From NCBI GenBank assembly GCA_002162685.1, contig MAAQ01000023.1, positions 4,259-68,258 of the forward strand: 64,000 bases of DNA, given 5' to 3'. Position 1 is the stretch's first letter. Every line of letters starts with the position of its first letter. A model generated the notes under the pieces. It did no database searches, had not been told where the DNA came from, and was given only the letters and a program-made list of their open reading frames with translations. The position numbers were made by a program, and so were the translations under genes. Source of the stretch: Flavobacteriales bacterium 33_180_T64. Lineage in GTDB: Bacteria > Bacteroidota > Bacteroidia > Flavobacteriales > Flavobacteriaceae. Shown here one piece after another: positions 10,542 through 19,732 of this stretch.

Positions 10542-11081
10542 ATGCAAGATACTTCAAAACAATATGATGATGTGATATCGCAGTGCAGAAGTCTTTTTAT
10601 TAATAAAATGAAAGACTACGGAAGTGCATGGCGAATTTTAAGATTACCATCATTAACCGATCAGATTTTCATTAAAGCACAGCGAATTAGAGGTTTACAG
10701 CAAAACAACGAGCGTAAGGTTGATGAAGGTGAAGCAAGTGAGTTTATAGGTGTTATTAATTATTGTACAATGGCTTTAGTACAGTTAGAAAAAGGTGTTG
10801 TAGAACAACCAGATTTATCTTTAGAGGATGCAACATCGCTTTATGATGATAAAATTGCTGTTACTAAACAATTGATGTTAGATAAAAATCATGATTATGG
10901 CGAAGCTTGGAGAGATATGCGTGTGAGTAGTTTAACCGATTTGATTTTACAAAAATTACTTCGTGTCAAACAAATTGAAGATAACGCAGGAAAAACATTG
11001 GTAAGCGAAGGTATTGATGCCAATTATCAAGATATGATTAATTATTCGGTATTTGCATTAATCCATTTAAACGAAAAATAA
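10542..11081 (+). CDS. DUF1599 domain protein (two internal repeats)
   Basis: KMKDYGSAWR...SLTD and KNHDYGEAWR...SLTD repeats. Confidence 0.85.
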   Translation: MQDTSKQYDDVISQCRSLFINKMKDYGSAWRILRLPSLTDQIFIKAQRIRGLQQNNERKVDEGEASEFIGVINYCTMALVQLEKGVVEQPDLSLEDATSLYDDKIAVTKQLMLDKNHDYGEAWRDMRVSSLTDLILQKLLRVKQIEDNAGKTLVSEGIDANYQDMINYSVFALIHLNEK

Positions 11082-11084
11082 CAG

Positions 11085-12179
11085 ATGAAAACATTAGTTC
11101 ACATATGCAGAGTTTTAGTAGGCGTTCTTTTTATTTTTTCAGGATTTATTAAACTTAATGACCCTTTAGGGTTTTCGTATAAGCTACAAGAGTATTTTAG
11201 TTATGATGTGTTAGATATTCCGTCTTTAATACCATATGCATTAGGTATTTCAGTATTTGTTGTAGTTGTTGAAGTTGTTTTGGGGGTGTTTTTACTTATA
11301 GGATATAAGTCGAAATTTACAATATGGAGTTTGTTGGCAATGATTGTGTTCTTCACATTTTTAACTTTTTATGCGGCTTATTTTGAAAAAGTAAAAGACT
11401 GTGGCTGTTTTGGAGATTTCTTAAAATTAGATCCTTGGGAATCCTTCTGGAAGGATGTTATTTTATTGGTGATGATTGTTGTTTTATTAATTGGCCAGCG
11501 CCATATTAAACCAATCTTGACTAAATTTGGTCTAACAATAACAGCTCTATTGAGTTTTATAGTTTGCTTATGGTTTGGATATCATGTACTAATGCATTTA
11601 CCAGCTTTAGATTTTAGAGCTTATAAAATAGATGATAACCTTCAAAAAAATATGGAGTTGTCACCAGATGCTCAAAAAGCAATAACTGATTATATTTGGA
11701 CTTATACATTAAATGGTGAAGAAAAAACAGTAACAGATAGAGGACGCGGACCAAAAACTTACGATAAGATAATAGGTGTTGTCACAGAGGAAATAGAAGA
11801 AGGCGATGTGCCCAAAATTCAAGATTTTTCTATAGAATCTGAAGATGAAGATTTAACATCACAATTCTTAGCACAAGAAAAGCTAGTTATGATTGTCGCT
11901 TATAATTTAGAAAAAGCTGAAGCTAATGGTATGGAAAAGCTAAAGGCTATGTCTGACTTAGCTCAGGAAAGAGGCTATACAGTTATAGGCTTAACGGCAT
12001 CTGGAGAATCAAAGAAAAAAGAAGTTAGAGATACTTATAATTTAGATTTTGATTTCTATTTGTGTGACGAGAAAGTATTAAAAACTATAGTAAGAGCAAA
12101 CCCAGGTATTATTGTTTTAGAGAAAGGAACTGTGACTCAAAAAGCACATTATAACGATCTTGAAGATTTAGAATTTTAA
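11085..12179 (+). CDS. DoxX/MauE-like membrane protein with C-terminal thioredoxin-like domain (BT_3928 family)
   Basis: FSGFIKLNDP, DCGCFGD, ESFWKD, VRANPG. Confidence 0.8.
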   Translation: MKTLVHICRVLVGVLFIFSGFIKLNDPLGFSYKLQEYFSYDVLDIPSLIPYALGISVFVVVVEVVLGVFLLIGYKSKFTIWSLLAMIVFFTFLTFYAAYFEKVKDCGCFGDFLKLDPWESFWKDVILLVMIVVLLIGQRHIKPILTKFGLTITALLSFIVCLWFGYHVLMHLPALDFRAYKIDDNLQKNMELSPDAQKAITDYIWTYTLNGEEKTVTDRGRGPKTYDKIIGVVTEEIEEGDVPKIQDFSIESEDEDLTSQFLAQEKLVMIVAYNLEKAEANGMEKLKAMSDLAQERGYTVIGLTASGESKKKEVRDTYNLDFDFYLCDEKVLKTIVRANPGIIVLEKGTVTQKAHYNDLEDLEF

Positions 12180-12196
12180 CTGTAAATACATAACAT

Positions 12197-13273
12197 CTGA
12201 TTAATTATATATTAAATAAAGCACTTTATGCATTACTCACTCTTTTAGGTGTAGTAACTGTAATTTTTTTCTTATTTAATGTGCTTCCAGGTGATCCTGC
12301 GCAAATGATGTTGGGACAAAATGAAGATAGTGAACAGGTTGCTATCGTTAAAGCTAAATACGGATTTGATAAACCTATTTCCACTCAGTATTTATATTAT
12401 CTTAATGATTTGTCACCAGTATCATTTCACTCGACAAACACTCAAGATTATACGTTTTTAAGTAACGGAAAATATACGGCATCAAAACTATTTACAATAG
12501 GAAATACAACTACAGTAATTAAGTTTCCTTATTTGCGAGAGTCGTTTACTAAACAAGGAAAAAAGGTATCACAAGTTATTGGTGAAACTTTGCCTAATAC
12601 TGCTGTTTTGGCTGTGTCTTCTATTCTTATAGCCATCACTTTTGGTGTGATTTTTGGAATAATTTCTGCACTATATAAAGATCAATGGATAGATAAAACA
12701 ATTCAGATTTTTAGTACTTTAGGAATGAGTGTGCCTTCTTTTTTTAGTGCCATTTTATTTGCTTGGTTGTTTGGTTTTGTATTTCATAAATACACTAATT
12801 TAGAAATGATAGGAAGTTTATATGAATTGGATGATTTTGGAGATCGTGTTCATATTAAATGGAAAAATTTGATACTACCAGCAATTGTATTAGGTATTCG
12901 TCCGTTAGCTGTTGTGATTCAACTCATGAGAAATTCATTGTTAGAAGTCTTTAATCAAGATTATATTAGAACAGCTAGAGCTAAAGGACTTAGTGAATTT
13001 CAAATTATAAAAAAACACGCCGTAAAAAATGCATTAAACCCTGTAGTAACTGCAATTTCAGGATGGTTTGCATCCATGTTGGCAGGAGCTGTATTTGTAG
13101 AATATATTTTTGGATGGAATGGCCTTGGAAAAGAAATTGTTAATGCTTTAAATACATTAGATTTACCTGTAATAATGGGATCGGTTTTAGTAATTGCATT
13201 ACTGTTTATTATTATTAATATTTTTGTTGATGTCATTTATGGATGGCTCGATCCAAAAGTAAAATTAGAATAG
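12197..13273 (+). CDS. Peptide/nickel ABC transporter permease (DppB/OppB-like)
   Basis: LPGDPA, DYIRTARAKGL, EYIFGWNGLG. The frame extends upstream to CTG 12197, right after an in-frame TAA, and this adds the first TM helix. Confidence 0.88.
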   Translation: MINYILNKALYALLTLLGVVTVIFFLFNVLPGDPAQMMLGQNEDSEQVAIVKAKYGFDKPISTQYLYYLNDLSPVSFHSTNTQDYTFLSNGKYTASKLFTIGNTTTVIKFPYLRESFTKQGKKVSQVIGETLPNTAVLAVSSILIAITFGVIFGIISALYKDQWIDKTIQIFSTLGMSVPSFFSAILFAWLFGFVFHKYTNLEMIGSLYELDDFGDRVHIKWKNLILPAIVLGIRPLAVVIQLMRNSLLEVFNQDYIRTARAKGLSEFQIIKKHAVKNALNPVVTAISGWFASMLAGAVFVEYIFGWNGLGKEIVNALNTLDLPVIMGSVLVIALLFIIINIFVDVIYGWLDPKVKLE

Positions 13274-13274
13274 A

Positions 13275-13766
13275 ATGAAAAAAATATATACACTAATACT
13301 GCTATGTAGCTTCTTTTTAAGTTGTGAAGCGCAACCAGGTCCAACAACCTTTTCTGAAAAAGCCCTAAACGATGCGTTTGTAAACTTAGAAGGTGAATCG
13401 GTTTCTTTTAAATCTATTTTAGAAGCGTATAAAGGACAAACAATTCTTATTGATGTTTGGGCAAGTTGGTGTAGAGATTGTATTGTAGGTCTACCTAATC
13501 TTAAAGCTTTACAAGAAGAGCATAAAGATGTTGTATACGTGTTTTTATCGATGGATAAATCTCAAAAAAGCTGGAGAAATGGCATAAAAAAATATGAGAT
13601 TACTGGAGAACATTATTTTATGCCATCTGGATGGAAAAGCGATTTTAGTGATTTTGCAGACTTAGATTGGGTCCCACGATATATGGTAGTAGGAGCAGAT
13701 GGAAAGATCAAATTATTTAGAGCTATAAAAGCCAACGATCCTAAAATAAAAGAACAGTTAAAATAA
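13275..13766 (+). CDS. TlpA-like thiol-disulfide oxidoreductase
   Basis: IDVWASWCRDC motif, VPRY cis-Pro loop, lipobox-like FLSC. Confidence 0.88.
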   Translation: MKKIYTLILLCSFFLSCEAQPGPTTFSEKALNDAFVNLEGESVSFKSILEAYKGQTILIDVWASWCRDCIVGLPNLKALQEEHKDVVYVFLSMDKSQKSWRNGIKKYEITGEHYFMPSGWKSDFSDFADLDWVPRYMVVGADGKIKLFRAIKANDPKIKEQLK

Positions 13767-13803
13767 AATTTTAGTTTCTTCGGAAACCTATAAAAGAAAA
13801 CTT

Positions 13804-14553
13804 ATGAGGAAAAATATTGTTGCAGGAAACTGGAAAATGAATAATGATTTATCAAAAACAGCAGCTTTACTATCAGATTTAAAGGAGCAAACAAAAACAT
13901 CTAATGCTGAGGTAATGATTGCACCAACGTTTACAAATCTTTGGCATGCTTTTGAAGCTACAAGACATGATGATATTGAAGTTATTGCACAAAATATGCA
14001 TTTCGCTGAAAATGGTGCTTATACAGGAGAAGTGAATGCAAGTATGCTAAAAAGTATTGGAATTCAAACTGTAATTTTAGGTCATAGTGAACGTCGTGCT
14101 TATTATAACGAAACAGATGAATCTCTTGCTAAAAAAGTAGATACAGCATTAGCTAATGATATGCGTATTATTTTCTGTTTTGGAGAAGAATTAGCAGATC
14201 GTAAGTCTGGAAATGAAGAAACTATAGTTGAAAATCAAATTAAAAAGGCTTTATTTCATTTAGAAGCTTCAGCTTTCAAAAATATAGTTTTGGCTTATGA
14301 GCCAGTTTGGGCTATTGGAACAGGAGAAACTGCAAGCCCTGAGCAAGCACAAGATATGCATGCTTTTATTAGAAAAACTTTAGAAGGTAAATATGGGCAT
14401 ACAGTAGCCGATGATATGACTATTCTCTATGGTGGAAGTGTAAAACCAGGTAATGCTAAAGAAATTTTTTCAAAACCTGATGTAGATGGTGGCTTAATAG
14501 GTGGTGCAGCTCTTAATGCTGAAAATTTTTATGCCATTGTTAATGCGTTTTAA
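13804..14553 (+). CDS. tpiA: Triosephosphate isomerase
   Basis: AGNWKMN, GHSERR, AYEPVWAIGTG, LYGGSV. Confidence 0.98.
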   Translation: MRKNIVAGNWKMNNDLSKTAALLSDLKEQTKTSNAEVMIAPTFTNLWHAFEATRHDDIEVIAQNMHFAENGAYTGEVNASMLKSIGIQTVILGHSERRAYYNETDESLAKKVDTALANDMRIIFCFGEELADRKSGNEETIVENQIKKALFHLEASAFKNIVLAYEPVWAIGTGETASPEQAQDMHAFIRKTLEGKYGHTVADDMTILYGGSVKPGNAKEIFSKPDVDGGLIGGAALNAENFYAIVNAF

Positions 14554-14580
14554 ATAGCGTATTAATTCTATTAATATATC

Positions 14581-14623
14581 TAAGGGTATTCACTGAGTTT
14601 TTGGAATTCAGTGAATACCCTTA
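14581..14623 (+). terminator. Long hairpin terminator after tpiA
   Basis: TAAGGGTATTCACTGA...TCAGTGAATACCCTTA inverted repeat followed by a T-rich tract. Confidence 0.75.
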
Positions 14624-14689
14624 GTCTTTTTTATAACTATGAATCTAACTTGCAATTGATTATTAATCAGTTAATTTAAATTCAGGTTT

Positions 14690-15415
14690 ATGAAGAATCA
14701 AGAACAAATTCTAATACAGCATATTGTATATAGATTATTTACAAAACATGCTTTTAGCGAAGATCTTTTAGGTAAAAGTGATTTAGCAATTAATAAAAAA
14801 ACTTTAAATATTAAAACTATCCTTACCACAGTTTTAATGATGTGCTTAGTGACATTCATAGTAAATAGTCAAACTTTAAAAGTAACAGGTGGTGTAAACT
14901 TAATGCATCTAAATACAGCATTAGAATCACCGATGGGAGAAACCCCTACAGATACAGATACAGATTTGCCTACGAGGTCAATGTTTGTAAGTAGCAATGA
15001 ACTGTTATTAGCATCTGGAAAAAATACGAATAACGAATCAGGCTTTTATTTAGGGTTAGCGCTTAGTGATATTACATTATTTAATAATATTGATTTGCAG
15101 CCCGAAGTAAGATTTGTAGGTGTTAAAGACTTTAATCAAATTCAGGTACCAGTGTTATTAAATTATGGTATTACTGAAAAATTTCATGCTTTCGCAGGTC
15201 CCAATTTTGCATTCTTATTAGATGCAGGAGATAGTGTCAAGTCATTCAATTTTGCTCTAGATTTTGGAGCGTCTTATAATATTTCAGATAAAATTGCCTT
15301 AGATGCGAGATACGATTGGGGACAAACCAATCTTTTAAAAAATGGGGATAGCAATAATTATATAAAAATAAACAATATTCAATTTGGTATTGTTTATCGT
15401 TTTGGAACTAATTAG
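14690..15415 (+). CDS. Outer-membrane beta-barrel (porin family) protein; true start probably near 14810-14837
   Basis: Alternating beta-strand pattern LQPEVRF, GPNFAFL, DARYDWG and terminal IQFGIVYRF. The signal-peptide-like stretch begins at I41. Confidence 0.75.
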   Translation: MKNQEQILIQHIVYRLFTKHAFSEDLLGKSDLAINKKTLNIKTILTTVLMMCLVTFIVNSQTLKVTGGVNLMHLNTALESPMGETPTDTDTDLPTRSMFVSSNELLLASGKNTNNESGFYLGLALSDITLFNNIDLQPEVRFVGVKDFNQIQVPVLLNYGITEKFHAFAGPNFAFLLDAGDSVKSFNFALDFGASYNISDKIALDARYDWGQTNLLKNGDSNNYIKINNIQFGIVYRFGTN

Positions 15416-15432
15416 ACTTTAAGAACGAAGAG

Positions 15433-16458
15433 ATGAAAACTTTAAAACAATTTCTATTTTTTATTACGGTTGCATGTTTTTATATAAATGCTTTTGGACA
15501 ATGTGCAACACCTCCTGCTGATATGGTAAGTTGGTGGACAGGAGATTCTAATACTCTAGATCTTATTGGAACTAATGACGGCACCCAATTAAATGGAATT
15601 AACTATGTCTCAGGAATGGTGAGTGATGCCTTTTTATTTGATGGTATTGACGATCTCATTTTAGTTCCAGATAGTGCAAACTTAGATTTAACTGGTGACA
15701 TGACTTTGATGACTTGGGTAAGACGAATAGGCTATGATAACCAACATCAAGTGGTTCTTTGTAAAGGAGCAGGCTATGTGCCAAATGATGAGTCTGCTGT
15801 TTTTTTAATGCGATTTGAGTTTGATTTAACCGAGTTTCTATTTGAAGATATCAATGGAAATAATATAATTATAAATGGACCAGCATTTGAAGATTCTATG
15901 TATCATCATTATGTATATGTTCGCGAAGGAAATGAGCATAGACTATATGTTGATGGGTTTTTGTTTAATAATGAAACATTCTCTTCAAATCCAGCGAGTA
16001 CTTTAGGCTTACCTCTAACTATTGGAGCGCAATATCATAATCCGACAAATTCTCCAAATGATTATGATTTCAATTTTAATGGTGAAGTAGATGAGATCAT
16101 GGTATACAATAGAGCTTTATCAATATCCGAAATGCAAAGTGTATACAATTCAGGAACTTCTGGTGTATGCAAAGATGGACTTAGTGTTAATGATTTTAGT
16201 CTTGTTGAACGTATAAGTTTATATCCTAATCCAACACGAGGTTTAATTATATTTAAATTAAATGCACAATTGCTTACTAGTTATAGAAATTTAGAACTTT
16301 CTATAATGGACTTAACAGGTCGAATTGTTTGTAGCAATGTAGAATTACAAACTGAAACCAAAGTAGATATCTCAACATTATCTAACGGAATGTATTTGTA
16401 TACTATACGTGGTGAAAACAGAGTTTTAAAGTCTGGTCAATTAATTAAAAAGAGATAA
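15433..16458 (+). CDS. LamG-like jellyroll protein with T9SS type A C-terminal domain
   Basis: Signal peptide, LamG motifs (YHHYVY, LYVDG, FNGEVDEIMVYNRAL), CTD LYPNP...GMYL...LIKK. Confidence 0.85.
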   Translation: MKTLKQFLFFITVACFYINAFGQCATPPADMVSWWTGDSNTLDLIGTNDGTQLNGINYVSGMVSDAFLFDGIDDLILVPDSANLDLTGDMTLMTWVRRIGYDNQHQVVLCKGAGYVPNDESAVFLMRFEFDLTEFLFEDINGNNIIINGPAFEDSMYHHYVYVREGNEHRLYVDGFLFNNETFSSNPASTLGLPLTIGAQYHNPTNSPNDYDFNFNGEVDEIMVYNRALSISEMQSVYNSGTSGVCKDGLSVNDFSLVERISLYPNPTRGLIIFKLNAQLLTSYRNLELSIMDLTGRIVCSNVELQTETKVDISTLSNGMYLYTIRGENRVLKSGQLIKKR

Positions 16459-16570
16459 GAGTTTTGTTACTGTTTTTCTTCTATTTTATTGTTAAACAAA
16501 AGGGACAACCACACCATGCTAAAGAAAGATTAAGAATTATTATTAAATTAGAGGACAAATCCTCATTATT

Positions 16571-18508
16571 TTGAAAAACATAACGCTTTTGTTTTTACTG
16601 GTTACTTCAACTCTTTTTGCGCAACAACAAAAAGAGATTGATAGTATGTATCAAGTGGTAAAAGGAAGCTATAATGATACTATTAAAGGAAATACACATT
16701 ATGAGCTCGCTTGGGCTCTAAAGTTAAAAGATTTACCAGTTGCAAAAGCACATATGGATTCTGCAATGTTAGTTTATCAAGAATTAAAACTGCCTCGAAA
16801 GACTGCTCTTGGTAATTTTCAATATTCAGTGTTGTATCGAATTTCAGGAGATTATAATAAGGCTATTGAGAGCTTGACTAAATATCAAGATTATGTAGAG
16901 AAGGTTAAGGATACTGCGAATTTAACTTATGCTTATTATGAAAAAGGAGTCATATATTCTCAAAAAGGGGATTTACAAACAAGTTTAGAAGAGTTTTATA
17001 AGGCGAATACTTTAGCAGAAGCGATCAATAATTTAGAGATGTCTAGTATGTCTTTAAATAGCATTGGTGTGGTTTATAATGATTTAGGTAAGTATGAGGA
17101 AGCGATTGATGCTTTTCAAAAGGTTTTAGTGATTTATAAGAAACAAAATGTAACTGGTGAGTTTCTAGGAGATACATACAATGGTTTAGCGTCTTCATAT
17201 AAGTATCAAAATAAATATAATGAAGCTGAGGAATATTTTGATAAAGCATTAAAGAATTATAAAGCATCAAATAGTGATTTTGGAGTTTCAATAGCGAATT
17301 TTAATAAGGGTTTGATTTATAATAAGCAGAAACAATTTGAAAAAGCATTAGCATTTTTTAAAAGAGCATATGACATTCAGAAAAAAAATGAGTTTGATTC
17401 AGAATTAGTATTGACCATATCTAGTTTTGCCGAGGCGAATTTTGAATTAGGCAATTATTCTAAAAGTGAATTGCTTTTAGATGAAGGATTAAATCTTGAT
17501 ATTGAAAATAAATTATCTGCAAAAGATCTTTATTTTGAATTATATCGCGTTAATGAGATAAAAAATAATTATCAAAAAGCGCTCAGGTATCATAAAACTT
17601 ATACAAAATATAAGGATAGCATTTATAGTAAAGAAAATATTAAATCCATAAATCTTCTTCAAAAGCAGTTCGAAACCGAAAAAAAAGATAAAGCTATTCT
17701 TAGGCAGCAATTAGCACTAGAACGGAAAGACAATCAAATTAAAAACAAAAGCAATCAAATGAATTTATTATATGGTTTGCTATTTTTTCTGATTGTATTC
17801 TCCATTTTAGGATGGCTAGTATTTCAGCAAAAACAAAAACGAAAAAATTTAGAGTTAGTAACACTAAAAAGAGAATCTCAAGTAAAATCATTAGAAGCAC
17901 TTATTAAAGGTGAGGAGAAGGAGCGTTTTAGAATCGCTAAAGAGTTACATGATGGTGTCAATGGTGATTTATCTGCTATAAAATATAAACTGTCGTCACT
18001 TTTGGAGATGAATAATAAAGTGATTAAAGAGGCTATAACCATGATTGATAACTCTTGTGAACACGTGCGAGCTATTTCACATAATTTAGTACCACCTTCA
18101 TTAGAAAATTTTAATTTAGTTGAAGCAACAGAAAATTACTGTCATGATTTAGATGTCGTAAATCATCAGAAAATCACATTTCAATATTTAGGTAGCACAA
18201 TCAAGTTATCTAAGAATACTGAGGTAAATACATTTCGAATTATTCAAGAATTAGTTACAAATGCCCTAAAACATGCGGATGCTAGTGAGATTAATGTACA
18301 GATAAGTCATAGAGATAATGTGATTCAAATTACTATTGAAGACAATGGAAAAGGGTTTGATAGAAATGCCATTAAAACTGATGGTATTGGATTAAATAAC
18401 ATTCAGTCTAGAGTAGATTATTTGAATGCGACATTAGATTTTATCTCTAATCCTAATGGAACCTCATATACTATTGACATAGACTTAAATACATTAAATG
18501 ATAACTAA
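16571..18508 (+). CDS. TPR-containing sensor histidine kinase (HisKA_3 type)
   Basis: Periplasmic TPR repeats, one TM helix, RIAKELHDGV H-box, QELVTNALKHA, DNGKGF, GIGL. Confidence 0.92.
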   Translation: MKNITLLFLLVTSTLFAQQQKEIDSMYQVVKGSYNDTIKGNTHYELAWALKLKDLPVAKAHMDSAMLVYQELKLPRKTALGNFQYSVLYRISGDYNKAIESLTKYQDYVEKVKDTANLTYAYYEKGVIYSQKGDLQTSLEEFYKANTLAEAINNLEMSSMSLNSIGVVYNDLGKYEEAIDAFQKVLVIYKKQNVTGEFLGDTYNGLASSYKYQNKYNEAEEYFDKALKNYKASNSDFGVSIANFNKGLIYNKQKQFEKALAFFKRAYDIQKKNEFDSELVLTISSFAEANFELGNYSKSELLLDEGLNLDIENKLSAKDLYFELYRVNEIKNNYQKALRYHKTYTKYKDSIYSKENIKSINLLQKQFETEKKDKAILRQQLALERKDNQIKNKSNQMNLLYGLLFFLIVFSILGWLVFQQKQKRKNLELVTLKRESQVKSLEALIKGEEKERFRIAKELHDGVNGDLSAIKYKLSSLLEMNNKVIKEAITMIDNSCEHVRAISHNLVPPSLENFNLVEATENYCHDLDVVNHQKITFQYLGSTIKLSKNTEVNTFRIIQELVTNALKHADASEINVQISHRDNVIQITIEDNGKGFDRNAIKTDGIGLNNIQSRVDYLNATLDFISNPNGTSYTIDIDLNTLNDN

Positions 18509-19133
18509 AATAGCAATTACAGATGATCACGTAATGGTGCTTAGAGGCATCGAAACCATGTTAGAAAACACCCCAGAAATAACTGTGGTGGCGACTTATA
18601 CAAATGCTCAAGACACAATTAACGGGTTAGTCAATGTTGTTCCAGATGTTTTATTATTAGATATCAATTTGCCAGATATTAATGGTATTGATTTAAGTAA
18701 ACAACTTCTTAAACAGTATCCTGAACTTAAAATTATTGCGCTAACCAATTTTGATGATTTGTCTTTTGTAAAACGAATGATGAAAAATGGAGTTCATGGG
18801 TATTTACTTAAAAACACCGATAAAATTGAACTTGTATTTGCACTTAAAACGGTATTGTTAGGAGAATTATATATTCAAAAAAGTATTAATAACAGACTCA
18901 TTAATCAAAATACATCCAAGCCATTAGATAATGGTTTAAATATTAAGTTAACGCGCAGAGAACATGATGTTTTAGTTGGGATTTCAGAAGAACTTACAAC
19001 ACAGCAAATTTCAGAAAAACTATTCATTAGCCCAAAAACTGTCGAAACCCATCGGATGAATATTATGAGTAAACTAGGCGCAAAAAATAGCGTTGGTATT
19101 ATTAAAATAGCGATAGAAAGACAATTATTGTAA
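18498..19133 (+). CDS. NarL/LuxR-family response regulator
   Basis: TDDH, LLDINLPD, GYLLK receiver domain plus LTRRE...SPKTVETHR HTH. Confidence 0.94.
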   Translation: MITKIAITDDHVMVLRGIETMLENTPEITVVATYTNAQDTINGLVNVVPDVLLLDINLPDINGIDLSKQLLKQYPELKIIALTNFDDLSFVKRMMKNGVHGYLLKNTDKIELVFALKTVLLGELYIQKSINNRLINQNTSKPLDNGLNIKLTRREHDVLVGISEELTTQQISEKLFISPKTVETHRMNIMSKLGAKNSVGIIKIAIERQLL

Positions 19134-19296
19134 GTACTAACATTTGCTTTATTAAATAGGTTGATTCTTTAATCTTGGTTATTAAGGGAAAATGAAAAAT
19201 TAAATACGCTGTTTATAATACGAATCGGGAATAAATGACAATCTTTAGGGGAAAATTGATATTTAATGTTCTGATTAAATTAAAGAGATTTGCATC

Positions 19297-19403
19297 TCAT
19301 TAATTTGTTTTTTTAATTGATGTATATATGATTACAAACGATTAATAGCTTAATTGTTGTAATAACCTTAGATTTAGGCTCTCTTTAATTAGAGAGCTTT
19401 TTT
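19297..19403 (+). ncRNA. Candidate sRNA, copy 1 (5' end approximate)
   Basis: Hairpin 19331-19363 plus terminator 19376-19403. No ORF longer than a few codons. Structure is shared with copy 2. Confidence 0.45.
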
Positions 19404-19505
19404 GTTTGTTTCTATTATGGTTTATAATAAGAGTCGGGAATAATTTACAATTTTAAGGGAACAATTTATATTTAGTATTCTGATTTAATTACAGAAATTT
19501 ATAGT

Positions 19506-19620
19506 TCATTAATTTAACTTTTTAAGTTGATGTCGGTTATATAACTACAATCAAACTAATGGCATTTTTTTTATTGTAGATACCTGAATTTTAAGCTCTC
19601 TTTAATTAGGGAGCTTAATT
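19506..19620 (+). ncRNA. Candidate sRNA, copy 2 (5' end approximate)
   Basis: Hairpin 19545-19579 with a compensatory C-G pair, plus terminator stem 19593-19616. Confidence 0.4.
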
Positions 19621-19732
19621 ATTTTACTCAATTCCTTGCGCTATAGTTTAGAACGAAAACCTATAGATTAAACAGGTATATAACAGTAGTTTGATAAAAT
19701 TACATGTAACTTTGCAGCATAAAATTGATGAC

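Larger units (their letters stand above)
19211..19620 (+). repeat. Tandem ~205-bp duplication (19211-19403 and 19420-19620)
   Basis: 49 of the first 60 ungapped positions are identical by manual count. Both copies end in near-identical terminators GCTCTCT-TTAATT-AG(A/G)GAGC. Confidence 0.9.

Noticed and set aside
19211-19620. CRISPR array or MITE interpretation of the duplication
   Set aside because: There are only two long units, with no short repeat-spacer pattern, no cas genes, no terminal inverted repeats and no target-site duplication.
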